Of a DNA stretch of 42,265 nt, positions 1 through 8,998 are shown piece after piece. A program made the translations under genes and the position numbers. Position 1 is the stretch's first letter. Each line of letters opens with the position of its first letter. Source of the DNA: an uncultured Roseivirgaceae bacterium (GTDB taxonomy: Bacteria; Bacteroidota; Bacteroidia; Cytophagales; Cyclobacteriaceae); NCBI GenBank assembly GCA_964534735.1, contig CAZHQP010000001.1, positions 12,580-54,844 on the forward strand. Reading direction: 5' to 3'. The notes under the pieces were generated by a model, which did not search any database, was not told where the DNA came from, and saw only the letters and a list, made by a program, of their open reading frames with translations.

Positions 1-567
1 GGCAACTTTTAAAGCATTTTTAAATTCTTTTGTTGCATCATCATACCGCGCACGTTCGCGCTCGATTAACGCGAGGCCATTATAACAGCCAATCACAACC
101 CGTTGATCAAGCGAATCTTTCCCGAAATTAAGAGAGCGTTCATAATATTTTTCAGCTTCAACGTAGTTACGGGCCCGTTGCTGGATAAGCGCAATTTCAA
201 AACAGATAATAGAATACTCAAGATACTTACCTTGCTTTTCATATAGACTTGCATTCTCCAGGAAGTATAGAATGGCCTGATCAATTCTTCCATCTCCGAA
301 AACAGTGCCCAGCCAGCCGTAAACAACCGGTAAAACTTCATTTGCATATGACTTGGTGTGCGTAATTGACAGGATTTCACGAACATCTTTTGAATCGATG
401 TCCAGCTTACCGGCCCGCATCTCGTTAACCATGTCGAAGATTACCTGTTTAAACTCTTGCGAAGTCTTACTCTTCTCAAGCTTTTGGGTAAAGGCAACAG
501 GAATTCCAGCAGGCGATACCGTGTGAAAAATCAGCAGTAATAAAACGATGAGTCCGGGTATGCGCAT
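1..567 (-). CDS. TPR-repeat protein with N-terminal signal/anchor; 3' end cut by window edge (absent from ORF track because no stop lies in the window)
   Basis: Own translation from ATG at 567: MRIPGLIVLLLLIFHTVSPAGIPVAF...YGWLGTVFGDGRIDQAILYFLENASLYEKQGKYLEYSIICFEIALIQQRARNYVEAEKYYERSL... 189 codons stay open to position 1. TPR-like periodicity. An exact TAnnTTTG box lies just upstream. Confidence 0.7.
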   Translation of the reverse strand, partial: MRIPGLIVLLLLIFHTVSPAGIPVAFTQKLEKSKTSQEFKQVIFDMVNEMRAGKLDIDSKDVREILSITHTKSYANEVLPVVYGWLGTVFGDGRIDQAILYFLENASLYEKQGKYLEYSIICFEIALIQQRARNYVEAEKYYERSLNFGKDSLDQRVVIGCYNGLALIERERARYDDATKEFKNALKVA

Positions 568-573
568 GAAGCA

Positions 574-581
574 CAAAAATA
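574..581 (-). promoter_or_regulatory. Bacteroidota -7 promoter box TATTTTTG (minus strand) for the TPR gene
   Basis: Plus strand caaaaata is the reverse complement of TATTTTTG. The box ends 6 nt before the ATG at 567, implying a leaderless or near-leaderless mRNA. Confidence 0.5.
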
Positions 582-646
582 CACTTTGCTGAATTATAAA
601 AATCAGAAAATTATAAAACAGGGAACCATGTAAGAAATCGTACAAA

Positions 647-688
647 TAAAAAGCCCTGTGCTGAGCAACGTCAAACACAGGGCTTTTA
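647..688. terminator. Bidirectional rho-independent terminator
   Basis: agccctgtg (652-660) pairs with cacagggct (676-684). An A-run lies 5' and TTTT 3'. It sits just downstream of the stop of the 703..1557 minus-strand gene. Confidence 0.7.
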
Positions 689-702
689 ACGATTGATAGA
701 TC

Positions 703-1557
703 TTATTTCAACGATTTAATCAGGTCCTCATTCAATTTAATGTAACCAAAGTCGCCATCGGGACTTTTCCGGGCAAGATCAAGCGATTGCTGGGCAGTTG
801 CTAATGCACCTTTTTTATCACCCAGCTTCTGCTGGATTTGAGCCTTGAAGTGAACATTCCAGAACGCATTTGGATTGCCTGCGATTCCCATGTCAACCCA
901 TTCAAGAGCCTTTTTCAGGTCTTTATTCGTATCATAGTAATAACGCGCTGCTGCGATGTAATTGTTTGGATTGACTTTCGTGTTGGCCTCAATTGATTTC
1001 ATCACAGTCGCATCAAAATCAACGGCTACTCCAAAACGGAATACGGCATTTTCAAAGCCGATAGAAACTTTTGCGCTCTTATTATCTTCTGCGATATCAT
1101 CGATTGATACGGTGAATGTTTCAATTTTCATTGCAGGCTTCTCTGTTTTAACTTTGAACTTAGCTGCTTCATTTTCGGTTTTGTATCCGTCAACGTTCCC
1201 GCCAATGCTCAGGTCTTTATAAAGAGATACTGTCCATTCTGAAGCACCGGGCCAGCTAAAGATCAGGTATTCACCTTTTGCAACTTTTATCCCTTCTACC
1301 GTAACATCATCAGAGAAAGAGATTTTGGTTCCGTTGTTTGCACCGGTTCTCCAGATCTGGCCATACGGATGCATAACATCCTTTTCACCAAATACTTTTC
1401 TGCCTTTCACACGGGGGCGGGAGTAGTCTACCTTTATCGTAGTTAATCCTACAACGCTCGATACCGAACCGGCCGGGCTTGGCTGGGGAACCTGTACTTG
1501 TGCTTCAGCGATAAAGCTGGCAGCAATCAGAATAAGTGTAAATAGTTTTTTCATCAT
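703..1557 (-). CDS. DUF2911 family protein, secreted, with C-terminal TPR-like helical part
   Basis: Signal peptide MMKKLFTLILIAASFIAEAQ. SRPRVKGRKVFG...YGQIWRTGANNGTKISF...WTVSLY layout is typical of DUF2911 (recognised by eye). Confidence 0.75.
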   Translation of the reverse strand: MMKKLFTLILIAASFIAEAQVQVPQPSPAGSVSSVVGLTTIKVDYSRPRVKGRKVFGEKDVMHPYGQIWRTGANNGTKISFSDDVTVEGIKVAKGEYLIFSWPGASEWTVSLYKDLSIGGNVDGYKTENEAAKFKVKTEKPAMKIETFTVSIDDIAEDNKSAKVSIGFENAVFRFGVAVDFDATVMKSIEANTKVNPNNYIAAARYYYDTNKDLKKALEWVDMGIAGNPNAFWNVHFKAQIQQKLGDKKGALATAQQSLDLARKSPDGDFGYIKLNEDLIKSLK

Positions 1558-1591
1558 ATATTAACGTTAGGGTTTACTTTCTCAAGGGAGC

Positions 1592-1599
1592 CAAAATTA
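1592..1599 (-). promoter_or_regulatory. -7 box TAATTTTG (minus strand) for the DUF2911 gene
   Basis: Plus strand caaaatta is the reverse complement of TAATTTTG, 34 nt upstream of the ATG at 1557. Confidence 0.45.
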
Positions 1600-1641
1600 A
1601 GGATTCTTTTGACTTACAAAACGCATTAACAGTACTTTAAC

Positions 1642-2232
1642 ATGAAGTTGCCGGAAAGCTTTTACGAGCGGAAAAATGTTGTGAAAATTGCGCAGGATTT
1701 GCTCGGAAAAGGACTTTATACAAAAATTGGCGGGATTGTTACCGGTGGCATGATCGTTGAAACAGAAGCGTACTCATGGAAAGAAAAAGGATGTCATGCG
1801 TTCGGCAAGAGAATGACCGGCCGCAACCAGATCATGTTTGGGAAAGGCGGCTACTCGTATGTGTACCTATGTTACGGTATGCATAACCTGTTTAACGTGG
1901 TTACGAACGAAGCTGATATTCCGGAGGCTGTATTAATCCGTGCAATTGAACCGCTTGAAGGCATCGAGGAAATGAAAATCAGAAGGGGGACTCTTAAAAA
2001 TCCTGCTCACCTGACTTCCGGACCTGGTAAGTTGACTAAAGCATTGGGAATTGACCGTACGTTTAACGGAAAATACCTGCTGAATACCGAAGTTTGGATT
2101 GAAGATTTAGGCGTTGCGCTTAAAAACAAAGATATTATCGCCTCCGAAAGGATAGGCATTGATTATGCCGGGGAAGACTCAAAACTTCCGTGGCGATTTA
2201 CGATTAGGGATAATAAATGGGTAAGCAAGTAA
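1642..2232 (+). CDS. mpg: DNA-3-methyladenine glycosylase (Mpg/AAG family)
   Basis: 196 aa. ETEAY...HAF...RN..MFGKGGYSYVYLCYGMHNLFNVV...AVLIRAIEP matches the Pur_DNA_glyco signature. Confidence 0.88.
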   Translation: MKLPESFYERKNVVKIAQDLLGKGLYTKIGGIVTGGMIVETEAYSWKEKGCHAFGKRMTGRNQIMFGKGGYSYVYLCYGMHNLFNVVTNEADIPEAVLIRAIEPLEGIEEMKIRRGTLKNPAHLTSGPGKLTKALGIDRTFNGKYLLNTEVWIEDLGVALKNKDIIASERIGIDYAGEDSKLPWRFTIRDNKWVSK

Positions 2233-2237
2233 GTATT

Positions 2238-3830
2238 ATGAATTTTCAGTTTGTGCGAATTGCGATTGTATCATTTTTGTTTTTTGTCAGCATTCAATCG
2301 AAGGCGCAGATTATTACCCAGCAATCCCTTCAAAACGTTAATTCCGATCATGATGAGCAAAGCCCGGTATTAAGTCCCGATGGCAAACTGCTTTTCTTCA
2401 CCGTATGCAACCATTCGTTAAATATTGGCGGCAAGCGCGATCCGGGTGATATCTGGTTTTCAGAATTTAAAGATGGCAAGTGGACAGCACCCCAACAGGC
2501 CGGAGCATTGTTAAATGACCGGGCCTATAATGCTGTAGCAGGCTTTTCTGCGGATGGCTTACAGGTTTTTTTGCTAAATCATTACGGACCCGCAGGAACA
2601 ATTGCATCCACGCAGGGGATTTCGGTTTCCCGAAAAGTGGGAAGTGGCTGGGCAAGGCCGGAGAATATTGCGATTCCATATTTTCAGAATAAGTCATCGC
2701 TTCAAAGCGGGTACGTTTCACCAGATGGGAAGGTTTTTGTTTTCTCTTCAGAAACGTATGGTACCAGAGGAGTGGAAGATATTTACGTGAGTTTAAAAGG
2801 TACAGATGGTCAGTGGTCGCAGCCTATAAATCTCGGCAACCAGATAAATTCAAAACTCCAGGAAATCAGCCCGTCACTGAGTGCAGATACCCGAACGTTA
2901 TACTTCTCAACGAACTCAAAAGGTGTTGGAAGCTTTGATGTATATTCTGCAACACGGCTTGATGACAGCTGGACGCAGTGGAGCGAACCCGTTAACATGG
3001 GGGATGAGATTAATACACAAGGCCGTGAGCTGTTCTTTAAAGACTATTCACCTTCCGGATTTTTCTTATTTACCAGTACCAATAACAGTGATCGCTACGG
3101 AAATATTAAGGTGTACATTCCAAACATCAATTTTAAAGACTCAACCATCATTGCAGCAGTTCTGAAACCGAAACCTGATACCGTTATCAAGTTCAATGAG
3201 AATACTTACCAAAACCTGAACGATAACAAGATCAACGTTTATGGCCGGTTATCGAATTCAAAAAATGGTGATCCGGTAAGCGGAAAGATGATCTTCGAAA
3301 GTGGTGGAAATAAAATAACTGCGGATGCATATTTGGGTGAATACGCTATCCGGGTAGAATCCGGAAGCTCATATTCAATTAAAATCGATGCGCCCGGATA
3401 TGTAAACGACCTGGAAACCCTTGATCTTAAAACCTACGAGCTAAAAGATCTGGAAATGAATTTCCAGATGCAGCCAATCGAGATTGGTACTACGGTTACA
3501 CTTAAGAATATCTTATTCGTACAAAGCAAGGATGCCCTGCTCGCTGAATCGTATCCGCAGCTCGATCTGGTAGTTCAGTTCATGACCGAGAATCCACATG
3601 TAGAAATTGAATTGGCCGGGCATACGGATAACCGTGGGTCATTTCAACAGCTTATGTCATTGTCGCAAAAGCGCGTGAATAAAGTTAAGAACTACCTCGT
3701 ATCAAAAGGGATTAAAGCCAGGCGCATTACCGGTAAGGGATATGGCGGCTCGAAGCCTATTGCGAGCAATGATAATGAAGATACCCGCCTGCTGAACAGG
3801 AGGGTGGAGTTTACGATCAAGAAGACTTAA
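2238..3830 (+). CDS. PD40/TolB-like beta-propeller repeat protein with C-terminal OmpA domain
   Basis: Start moved to MNFQFVRIAIVSFLFFVSIQSKAQ (signal peptide). Repeated SP..S.DG..L.F.S units. C-terminal ELAGHTDNRGS...LSQKRVNKV...NRRVEF is an OmpA-type peptidoglycan-binding motif. Confidence 0.85.
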   Translation: MNFQFVRIAIVSFLFFVSIQSKAQIITQQSLQNVNSDHDEQSPVLSPDGKLLFFTVCNHSLNIGGKRDPGDIWFSEFKDGKWTAPQQAGALLNDRAYNAVAGFSADGLQVFLLNHYGPAGTIASTQGISVSRKVGSGWARPENIAIPYFQNKSSLQSGYVSPDGKVFVFSSETYGTRGVEDIYVSLKGTDGQWSQPINLGNQINSKLQEISPSLSADTRTLYFSTNSKGVGSFDVYSATRLDDSWTQWSEPVNMGDEINTQGRELFFKDYSPSGFFLFTSTNNSDRYGNIKVYIPNINFKDSTIIAAVLKPKPDTVIKFNENTYQNLNDNKINVYGRLSNSKNGDPVSGKMIFESGGNKITADAYLGEYAIRVESGSSYSIKIDAPGYVNDLETLDLKTYELKDLEMNFQMQPIEIGTTVTLKNILFVQSKDALLAESYPQLDLVVQFMTENPHVEIELAGHTDNRGSFQQLMSLSQKRVNKVKNYLVSKGIKARRITGKGYGGSKPIASNDNEDTRLLNRRVEFTIKKT

Positions 3831-5536
3831 TAGCCTGCAGCAGCATCATCACCCCGGTAACGATCAGCGCCAGCTTCAAGCTTGCGGTTTGGTAAAATAA
3901 GTATCCCGTCTACACGACCAATAAAGTCCAAACCTTTGCTGAGTTCGTCTAATTTCTTAACAACATGGCCCATTTTAAGTAATGAGATACTGTCTTTACT
4001 GGTGAGCGCTCCATCTTCAATAAAAATTGCGTCCGGTAACCACTGGCTGTGAGTACGTTTGGCATCCACTGCTTCCTGCATGCCCATTTCAAAGTCGATT
4101 ACGTTAGCGATAGTTTGAAATACTGCCGTCATAATCCGGGGACCGCCCGGAGATCCGACAACCATAAACAACGAGTCGTTTTTTTCCACAATTGTAGGAC
4201 TCATAGAGCTCAACATGGTTTTACCCGGCTGGATTTCGTTTTTAAGGCCCCCGGTTACGCCATAAATATTAGGTACTCCGGCTTTGGCACTAAAATCGTC
4301 CATTTCGTTGTTCATAAAAAAACCTGATCCTGCCACGAGCACATAGTTGCCAAACCAATCATTAAGTGTGGTGGTGATTGACACCGCCATACCGTCTTTA
4401 TCCACGATAGAAATGTGTGTTGTTTCAGAATGTTCCTTCATGGCCACATTACCTTCTTTAATGGTAGCGCTTGGCGTTGCCTTGTTGGGATCAAACGATG
4501 ACATCCGTTCTTTGATGTAAGCTTTATCCATCAATTGATTTGTTGGAATCGGATTGAAATCCGGATCGCCCAAATGCACTGCGCGGTCGGCAAATGATCT
4601 GCGTTCTGCTTCTGTGTACAGATGAACAGTTTTTGCACTGTTATGGCCCCAATCTTTAATCGTATAAGGTTCAATGGATGACAGCAATTGAAGAACAGTT
4701 ATCCCGCCACTCGAAGGCGGGGGCATAGCAATAATCTTATAGCCTTTGTAGGTTCCGATCAGCGGTTCAACCCATTGCGACTTGTAATTCTTCAGGTCTT
4801 CATGAGTTATAATTCCATTCCCGCGTTTCATTTCAGCAACAATATCATTGGCAGTTTTGCCTTCATAAAAACCTTTACGACCCTCATCGCGAATGCGCTC
4901 AAACGTGTGACCGAGTTCTGTCCAGCGAAGTGTATCACCTTCTTTCCAGGAGCCAAGCAAATGAGCGGGAGAAACCGTGTTGTACTTCAGCAACTTACTC
5001 TGTGCACGATTGAGATTTTCCGCTTCGCGTTTTGTCAGCACAATTCCGTTTAGTGCTAAGTCAACCGCTGGCTGCACAAGTTCTTTCCACGGCAGGCGAC
5101 CATACTTGCTGTGCATTTCAACCATCCCGTCAATTGATCCCGGGATTCCTGAAGCCAGGGCACCTTTTGTATTAAGCTTATCAATGACATTGCCCGCTGA
5201 GTCAAGATACATGTCACGCGAAGCCCCTGCGGGTGCTTTCTCGCGGAAGTCAAGGGCTGCTGTTTTGCCATTTGCTTCCCTCAAAATCATAAATCCGCCA
5301 CCGCCAATATTTCCTGCTTCCGGAAAGGCAATGGTAAGTGCCAGTTGAACAGCAACAGCCGCATCTACAGCATTGCCACCTTTGTGTAGCATATCAACAC
5401 CAATCCGGGCTGCAACGGGGTGAGCACACACAACCATAGCTGAATCCCGAATCAAACCCTGATAACGCTCTGCCTGCTTGGGTTGACAGGCAACGGTAAT
5501 AATGACAAGTGAAAGCAGGTAAAAGCGTTTCATCAT
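3827..5536 (-). CDS. ggt: Gamma-glutamyltransferase (lipoprotein)
   Basis: 569 aa. Lipobox ITVAC. Autoprocessing site SETTHISIVD, plus PPPSSGG and GSPGGPRI motifs. Confidence 0.93.
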   Translation of the reverse strand: MMKRFYLLSLVIITVACQPKQAERYQGLIRDSAMVVCAHPVAARIGVDMLHKGGNAVDAAVAVQLALTIAFPEAGNIGGGGFMILREANGKTAALDFREKAPAGASRDMYLDSAGNVIDKLNTKGALASGIPGSIDGMVEMHSKYGRLPWKELVQPAVDLALNGIVLTKREAENLNRAQSKLLKYNTVSPAHLLGSWKEGDTLRWTELGHTFERIRDEGRKGFYEGKTANDIVAEMKRGNGIITHEDLKNYKSQWVEPLIGTYKGYKIIAMPPPSSGGITVLQLLSSIEPYTIKDWGHNSAKTVHLYTEAERRSFADRAVHLGDPDFNPIPTNQLMDKAYIKERMSSFDPNKATPSATIKEGNVAMKEHSETTHISIVDKDGMAVSITTTLNDWFGNYVLVAGSGFFMNNEMDDFSAKAGVPNIYGVTGGLKNEIQPGKTMLSSMSPTIVEKNDSLFMVVGSPGGPRIMTAVFQTIANVIDFEMGMQEAVDAKRTHSQWLPDAIFIEDGALTSKDSISLLKMGHVVKKLDELSKGLDFIGRVDGILILPNRKLEAGADRYRGDDAAAGY

Positions 5537-5558
5537 AATAAAATTGGTTTTGGAGCAA

Positions 5559-5574
5559 TTAAATCATTATTTAA
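5559..5574. promoter_or_regulatory. Candidate operator palindrome in the ggt/TetR divergent intergenic region
   Basis: TTAAAT-catt-ATTTAA, a 6-4-6 inverted repeat 23 nt upstream of the TetR start. It is AT-only, so a chance occurrence is plausible. Confidence 0.2.
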
Positions 5575-5596
5575 AAGCAAACTTGAGTACAGATTC

Positions 5597-6226
5597 ATGA
5601 ATTTACGTAAAGAGAAGGCGGCAAGGCTCAAAATCCAGATTTTAGAAAATACACTAAAGCTCATCGGCAAAAAGCCTTTTGAGGACTTATATGTTGATGA
5701 CCTGTGCGCGAAAGTTAAGATCAGTAAGGTCACATTTTTCAAGTATTTTCCACAGAAGGAGGATGTGCTGCTGTATTATTTCCGAATCTGGTGCCTGAAC
5801 CGGGCGGTGGAGCTCAAGAGTAAGCCAAAAGAAGGTTTGCAGGGGATTTACTACCTGTCGGATAAGCTGAGCGAAGAATGTGAAGCACATCCCGGACTTA
5901 TGCTGAGCCTAATTGGCTACCTGGCAGATTTAAAGCGACCACCCAAGCCTTTTACCGTTCGCCCTGAAGAAAAAGTCTTTCTGTTCCCGGATCAGCAGGA
6001 GATACATTCAGTTGAAATACTATCACTCGATCAGATGCTTGACAAGTTTACGCTTGAAGCCATCTTTAAGAAGGAGATTACAAAAGCATCAGGTACACGC
6101 GATATCACCAATTTGTTCTTAGCAGTTTTGTTGGGATCAATCGTAACGGCACATATTAATCAGATCAGTCCGCAGCGATTTTTTTTCAGAAAAAATATTG
6201 ACCTGGTGATGAAAGGACTTTCATAA
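5597..6226 (+). CDS. TetR/AcrR family transcriptional regulator
   Basis: 209 aa. N-terminal HTH FEDLYVDDLCAKVKISKVTFFKYFPQKEDVL. Confidence 0.85.
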   Translation: MNLRKEKAARLKIQILENTLKLIGKKPFEDLYVDDLCAKVKISKVTFFKYFPQKEDVLLYYFRIWCLNRAVELKSKPKEGLQGIYYLSDKLSEECEAHPGLMLSLIGYLADLKRPPKPFTVRPEEKVFLFPDQQEIHSVEILSLDQMLDKFTLEAIFKKEITKASGTRDITNLFLAVLLGSIVTAHINQISPQRFFFRKNIDLVMKGLS

Positions 6227-6228
6227 AA

Positions 6229-6402
6229 TCAGTTTTTCATTCTTACCAGTTTGGTCTTCTTTTTATACCGGTCTTTTCCTTTTATGAAAAATCTGCTGTG
6301 AGTCTTAGGCTTTACAACAACCGTTGAGCCGCGCGGTTTCTGCGGAGCACAGGCGGGAAACAGGAAGGTGAGCAGGAATACGTAAAGAAGCGCTCTTCTC
6401 AT
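6229..6402 (-). CDS. Small (57 aa) highly basic putative lipoprotein, not in ORF track
   Basis: Own translation: MRRALLYVFLLTFLFPACAPQKPRGSTVVVKPKTHSRFFIKGKDRYKKKTKLVRMKN. Signal peptide plus lipobox (FPAC). Near-match -7 box (TATTTTTA) about 20 nt upstream. Confidence 0.5.
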   Translation of the reverse strand: MRRALLYVFLLTFLFPACAPQKPRGSTVVVKPKTHSRFFIKGKDRYKKKTKLVRMKN

Positions 6403-6475
6403 GGAACTTTAAGTTGCTAAAAATAGTATTTTTCAGGTAAACAACGCCCGCACAAACTGTATAGTCCCTATTTGC

Positions 6476-6790
6476 ATGAAAACATTTGATACACTTTCGC
6501 AGGCCATCGATTACCTGAAACGCAAAGGATACGAGCATGATTTTAATTTGCATCCGGAGTGGATCGAATGTCCGCCATTAAAAAAGAGATTCGCGCCTGA
6601 ACAGTTTCATGTCGATGAAGTTCATCGATTTGAAGGCATGACAAACCCCGATGACAGTTCTATCTTGTTCGCCATCAGTTCTTCTGAAGGCGAGAAGGGC
6701 TTGTTGATCGATGCGTACGGCCCGTATTCTGATTCGCTTAGTCCGCTCATGATTCAGAAGCTGACCATCGACACGCGAACAAATCAATAG
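6476..6790 (+). CDS. Conserved hypothetical protein (104 aa)
   Basis: MKTFDTLSQAIDYLKRKGYEHDFNL... From memory, this resembles a small Bacteroidota family often given an uninformative or mis-propagated name. No functional motif seen. Confidence 0.6.
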   Translation: MKTFDTLSQAIDYLKRKGYEHDFNLHPEWIECPPLKKRFAPEQFHVDEVHRFEGMTNPDDSSILFAISSSEGEKGLLIDAYGPYSDSLSPLMIQKLTIDTRTNQ

Positions 6791-6849
6791 TGCCATAAAG
6801 GTTTATTGGAAATAATTCAGGCAGATTTTGGAGAAAACTCCTGTTACGC

Positions 6850-6857
6850 TATCTTTG
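6850..6857 (+). promoter_or_regulatory. -7 box TATCTTTG for tRNA-Asp
   Basis: Exact TAnnTTTG 28 nt upstream of the mature tRNA 5' end. Confidence 0.5.
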
Positions 6858-6884
6858 CGCACCTATTTTAACCGATAGAGCAAC

Positions 6885-6958
6885 GGTCTGGTAGTTCAGC
6901 TGGTTAGAATGCCTGCCTGTCACGCAGGAGGTCGCGGGTTCGAGTCCCGTCCAGACCG
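6885..6958 (+). tRNA. tRNA-Asp (anticodon GTC)
   Basis: Hand-folded cloverleaf. Acceptor GGTCTGG/CCAGACC, anticodon stem CCTGC/GCAGG with loop CTGTCAC, T-arm GCGGG-TTCGAGT-CCCGT. 74 nt, no encoded CCA. Confidence 0.95.
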
Positions 6959-6963
6959 CTTAA

Positions 6964-7001
6964 AGCCCTGTAAATCATTGATTTATGGGGCTTTTGCTTT
7001 T
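6964..7001 (+). terminator. Rho-independent terminator after tRNA-Asp
   Basis: agccctg-taaatc-att-gattta-tggggct extended hairpin followed by tttgctttt. Confidence 0.7.
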
Positions 7002-7044
7002 ATGGCAAAATCTGCGAACCTGTTTCAAAATCGCGTAATCGTGT

Positions 7045-7052
7045 TAACTTTG
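7045..7052 (+). promoter_or_regulatory. -7 box TAACTTTG for accA
   Basis: Exact TAnnTTTG 19 nt upstream of the ATG at 7072. Confidence 0.5.
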
Positions 7053-7071
7053 CGTTCGCTAAAAACAATCT

Positions 7072-8019
7072 ATGTTATTGGAATTTGAGAAGCCCATTGC
7101 CGAACTGGAAGCGAAACTGGAGGATATGAAACATTTGGCCGGGGACAGCGATGATAAAGTACGGGAAGCGATCAAGGCCCTCGAAAAAAAAATCAAAGAC
7201 CTTAAGACGGAAACATTCGAGAACCTGACCGGCTGGCAGCGCGTTCAGATTTCACGTCACCCGGAGCGTCCGTATACATTGGATTATATCTACGAGATTA
7301 CCACTGACTTCATTGAATTGCATGGCGACCGCACCGTAGGTGATGATAAAGCAATGGTTGGCGGCTTCGGAACAATTGAAGGTCAAACCTTTATGATCAT
7401 CGGTCAGCAGAAGGGGCGTAACACCAAGCAACGTCAGATCAGAAATTTCGGAATGGCAAATCCGGAAGGCTATCGCAAAGCATTGCGTCTGATGAAGATG
7501 GCTGAGAAATTCAACAAACCAATTATTACACTGATTGATACTCCCGGTGCATTCCCGGGCCTTGAAGCAGAAGAGCGCGGTCAGGGTGAAGCGATTGCCC
7601 GCAACCTGAAAGAGATGTTCATGCTTAAGGTTCCGGTTATTTGTATTGTAATTGGTGAAGGCGCTTCAGGTGGCGCGTTGGGAATTGCTATTGGTGATCG
7701 CGTGCTGATGCTGGAGAATACCTGGTATTCCGTGATCTCGCCTGAATCCTGCTCATCCATTCTGTGGAGAAGCTGGGATTTTAAAGAGCAGGCTGCTGAG
7801 GTATTGAAGCTCACCGGTAAAGATATGCTGGCACTCAAACTTATTGATGGTATCGTTAAAGAACCGCTGGGCGGAGCACACAACGACCTGAAATGGATGT
7901 CGCAGGAGATTAAGAAAACAATTCTCACAACCTATAAAGAGCTAAGCGCTATACCGACAGATGAGCTTATCCAGCAGCGTATTGACAAGTTCTGCGCAAT
8001 GGGTGTTGTAAAGGAGTAA
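7072..8019 (+). CDS. accA: Acetyl-CoA carboxylase carboxyltransferase alpha subunit
   Basis: 315 aa. [32 protein letters not shown] and [10 protein letters not shown] motifs. Confidence 0.96.
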   Translation: MLLEFEKPIAELEAKLEDMKHLAGDSDDKVREAIKALEKKIKDLKTETFENLTGWQRVQISRHPERPYTLDYIYEITTDFIELHGDRTVGDDKAMVGGFGTIEGQTFMIIGQQKGRNTKQRQIRNFGMANPEGYRKALRLMKMAEKFNKPIITLIDTPGAFPGLEAEERGQGEAIARNLKEMFMLKVPVICIVIGEGASGGALGIAIGDRVLMLENTWYSVISPESCSSILWRSWDFKEQAAEVLKLTGKDMLALKLIDGIVKEPLGGAHNDLKWMSQEIKKTILTTYKELSAIPTDELIQQRIDKFCAMGVVKE

Positions 8020-8020
8020 T

Positions 8021-8131
8021 TGTCTGCCGTCATTCTGACCCTGCCTGTCGGCAGACAGGCGTTAGCGAAAAATCCCCAATTTTGTGCAGTAAATCTGGAG
8101 ATTCTTCGGTCATACTTCCCTTAGAATGACG
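8021..8131. repeat. Nested inverted-repeat (REP/MITE-like) element
   Basis: Outer inverted repeat (IR) cgtcattct (8028-8036) / agaatgacg (8123-8131). Inner overlapping IRs tgtctgccg (8021-8029) / cggcagaca (8049-8057) and gcctgtc (8043-8049) / gacaggc (8054-8060). The ggagattcttcg...agaatgac core resembles a dispersed Bacteroidota palindromic repeat family (from memory). Confidence 0.55.
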
Positions 8132-8134
8132 TGC

Positions 8135-8142
8135 TAATTTTG
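8135..8142 (+). promoter_or_regulatory. -7 box TAATTTTG for the MBL-patatin-hutU gene string
   Basis: Exact TAnnTTTG 19 nt upstream of the ATG at 8162. Confidence 0.45.
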
Positions 8143-8161
8143 GTTTGCGTAACTTACCCGC

Positions 8162-8998
8162 ATGAAGCTTCACGTAATTGATACCGGTTTCTTTAAGCTC
8201 GATGGTGGCGCGATGTTTGGCGTTGTACCGAAAAGCATCTGGCAGAAAACCAATCCACCCGATGCAGATAACCTGTGTACCTGGGCGATGCGGTCTTTAC
8301 TGATCGAAGACGGTGATCAACTGATTCTCATCGACAATGGAATTGGAAATAAACAGGACAAAAAATTCCTGAGTCACTATCATTTACATGGCGATGCCTC
8401 GTTAAGCTCATCTATCCGCCAGGCAGGTTTTTCAGAGAATGATATTACGGATCAGTTTCTGACTCATTTACATTTTGATCACTGCGGTGGCGGAGTAAAA
8501 ATTGTTAATGGCAAGCCTGAACTTACTTTTCAAAACGCTAAGTATTGGTCGAACAAAGATCATTGGGAGTGGGCTACCAAGCCTAATAATCGGGAAAAAG
8601 CCTCCTTTCTGAAGGAGAATATCCTGCCCATGCAGGAAAGCGGTCATCTGAATTTTACGGAAGCATCAACTTCGCCTTTTAGACAGTTTGAGATACTGTA
8701 TGTATCTGGTCATACCGATAAGATGATGGTGCCAAAGATCAAATACAAGGATAAGACAATCTGTTACATGGCCGATCTACTTCCTTCTGTTGGTCATATT
8801 CCCCTGGCGTATATAATGGGTTATGACACCCGGCCTTTGATCACCCTGGCAGAGAAAGAGCAGTTCTTAAATGAAGCTGCAGACAATCAATATATTTTAT
8901 TCTTTCAGCATGACCCTGAAAATGAATGCTGCACCGTTAAGCGTACAGATAAAGGTGTAAGACTGGACCGCACGTTCAGGTTAAATGAAATACTCTAA
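8162..8998 (+). CDS. MBL-fold metallo-hydrolase
   Basis: 278 aa. HLHFDHCGG (HxHxDH) metal-binding motif. Confidence 0.85.
   Translation: MKLHVIDTGFFKLDGGAMFGVVPKSIWQKTNPPDADNLCTWAMRSLLIEDGDQLILIDNGIGNKQDKKFLSHYHLHGDASLSSSIRQAGFSENDITDQFLTHLHFDHCGGGVKIVNGKPELTFQNAKYWSNKDHWEWATKPNNREKASFLKENILPMQESGHLNFTEASTSPFRQFEILYVSGHTDKMMVPKIKYKDKTICYMADLLPSVGHIPLAYIMGYDTRPLITLAEKEQFLNEAADNQYILFFQHDPENECCTVKRTDKGVRLDRTFRLNEIL

Noticed and set aside
93-386. 97-aa minus-strand ORF from the track
   Set aside because: It is out of frame with, and fully inside, the longer open frame 1..567 that has a signal peptide, TPR-like sequence and a promoter box. Treated as a shadow ORF.
4688-5348. Two plus-strand ORFs of 121 and 123 aa inside ggt
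   Set aside because: Antisense shadows within a confidently identified gene.
6305-6553. 82-aa minus-strand ORF
   Set aside because: It overlaps the 5' part of the convincing 6476..6790 gene. It has no signal or motif. The 57-aa lipoprotein frame (6229..6402) explains the locus better.
6885-7071. tRNA-Asp as a possible integration hotspot
   Set aside because: There is no integrase, no repeat of the tRNA 3' end, and no foreign-looking genes next to it. accA follows directly.
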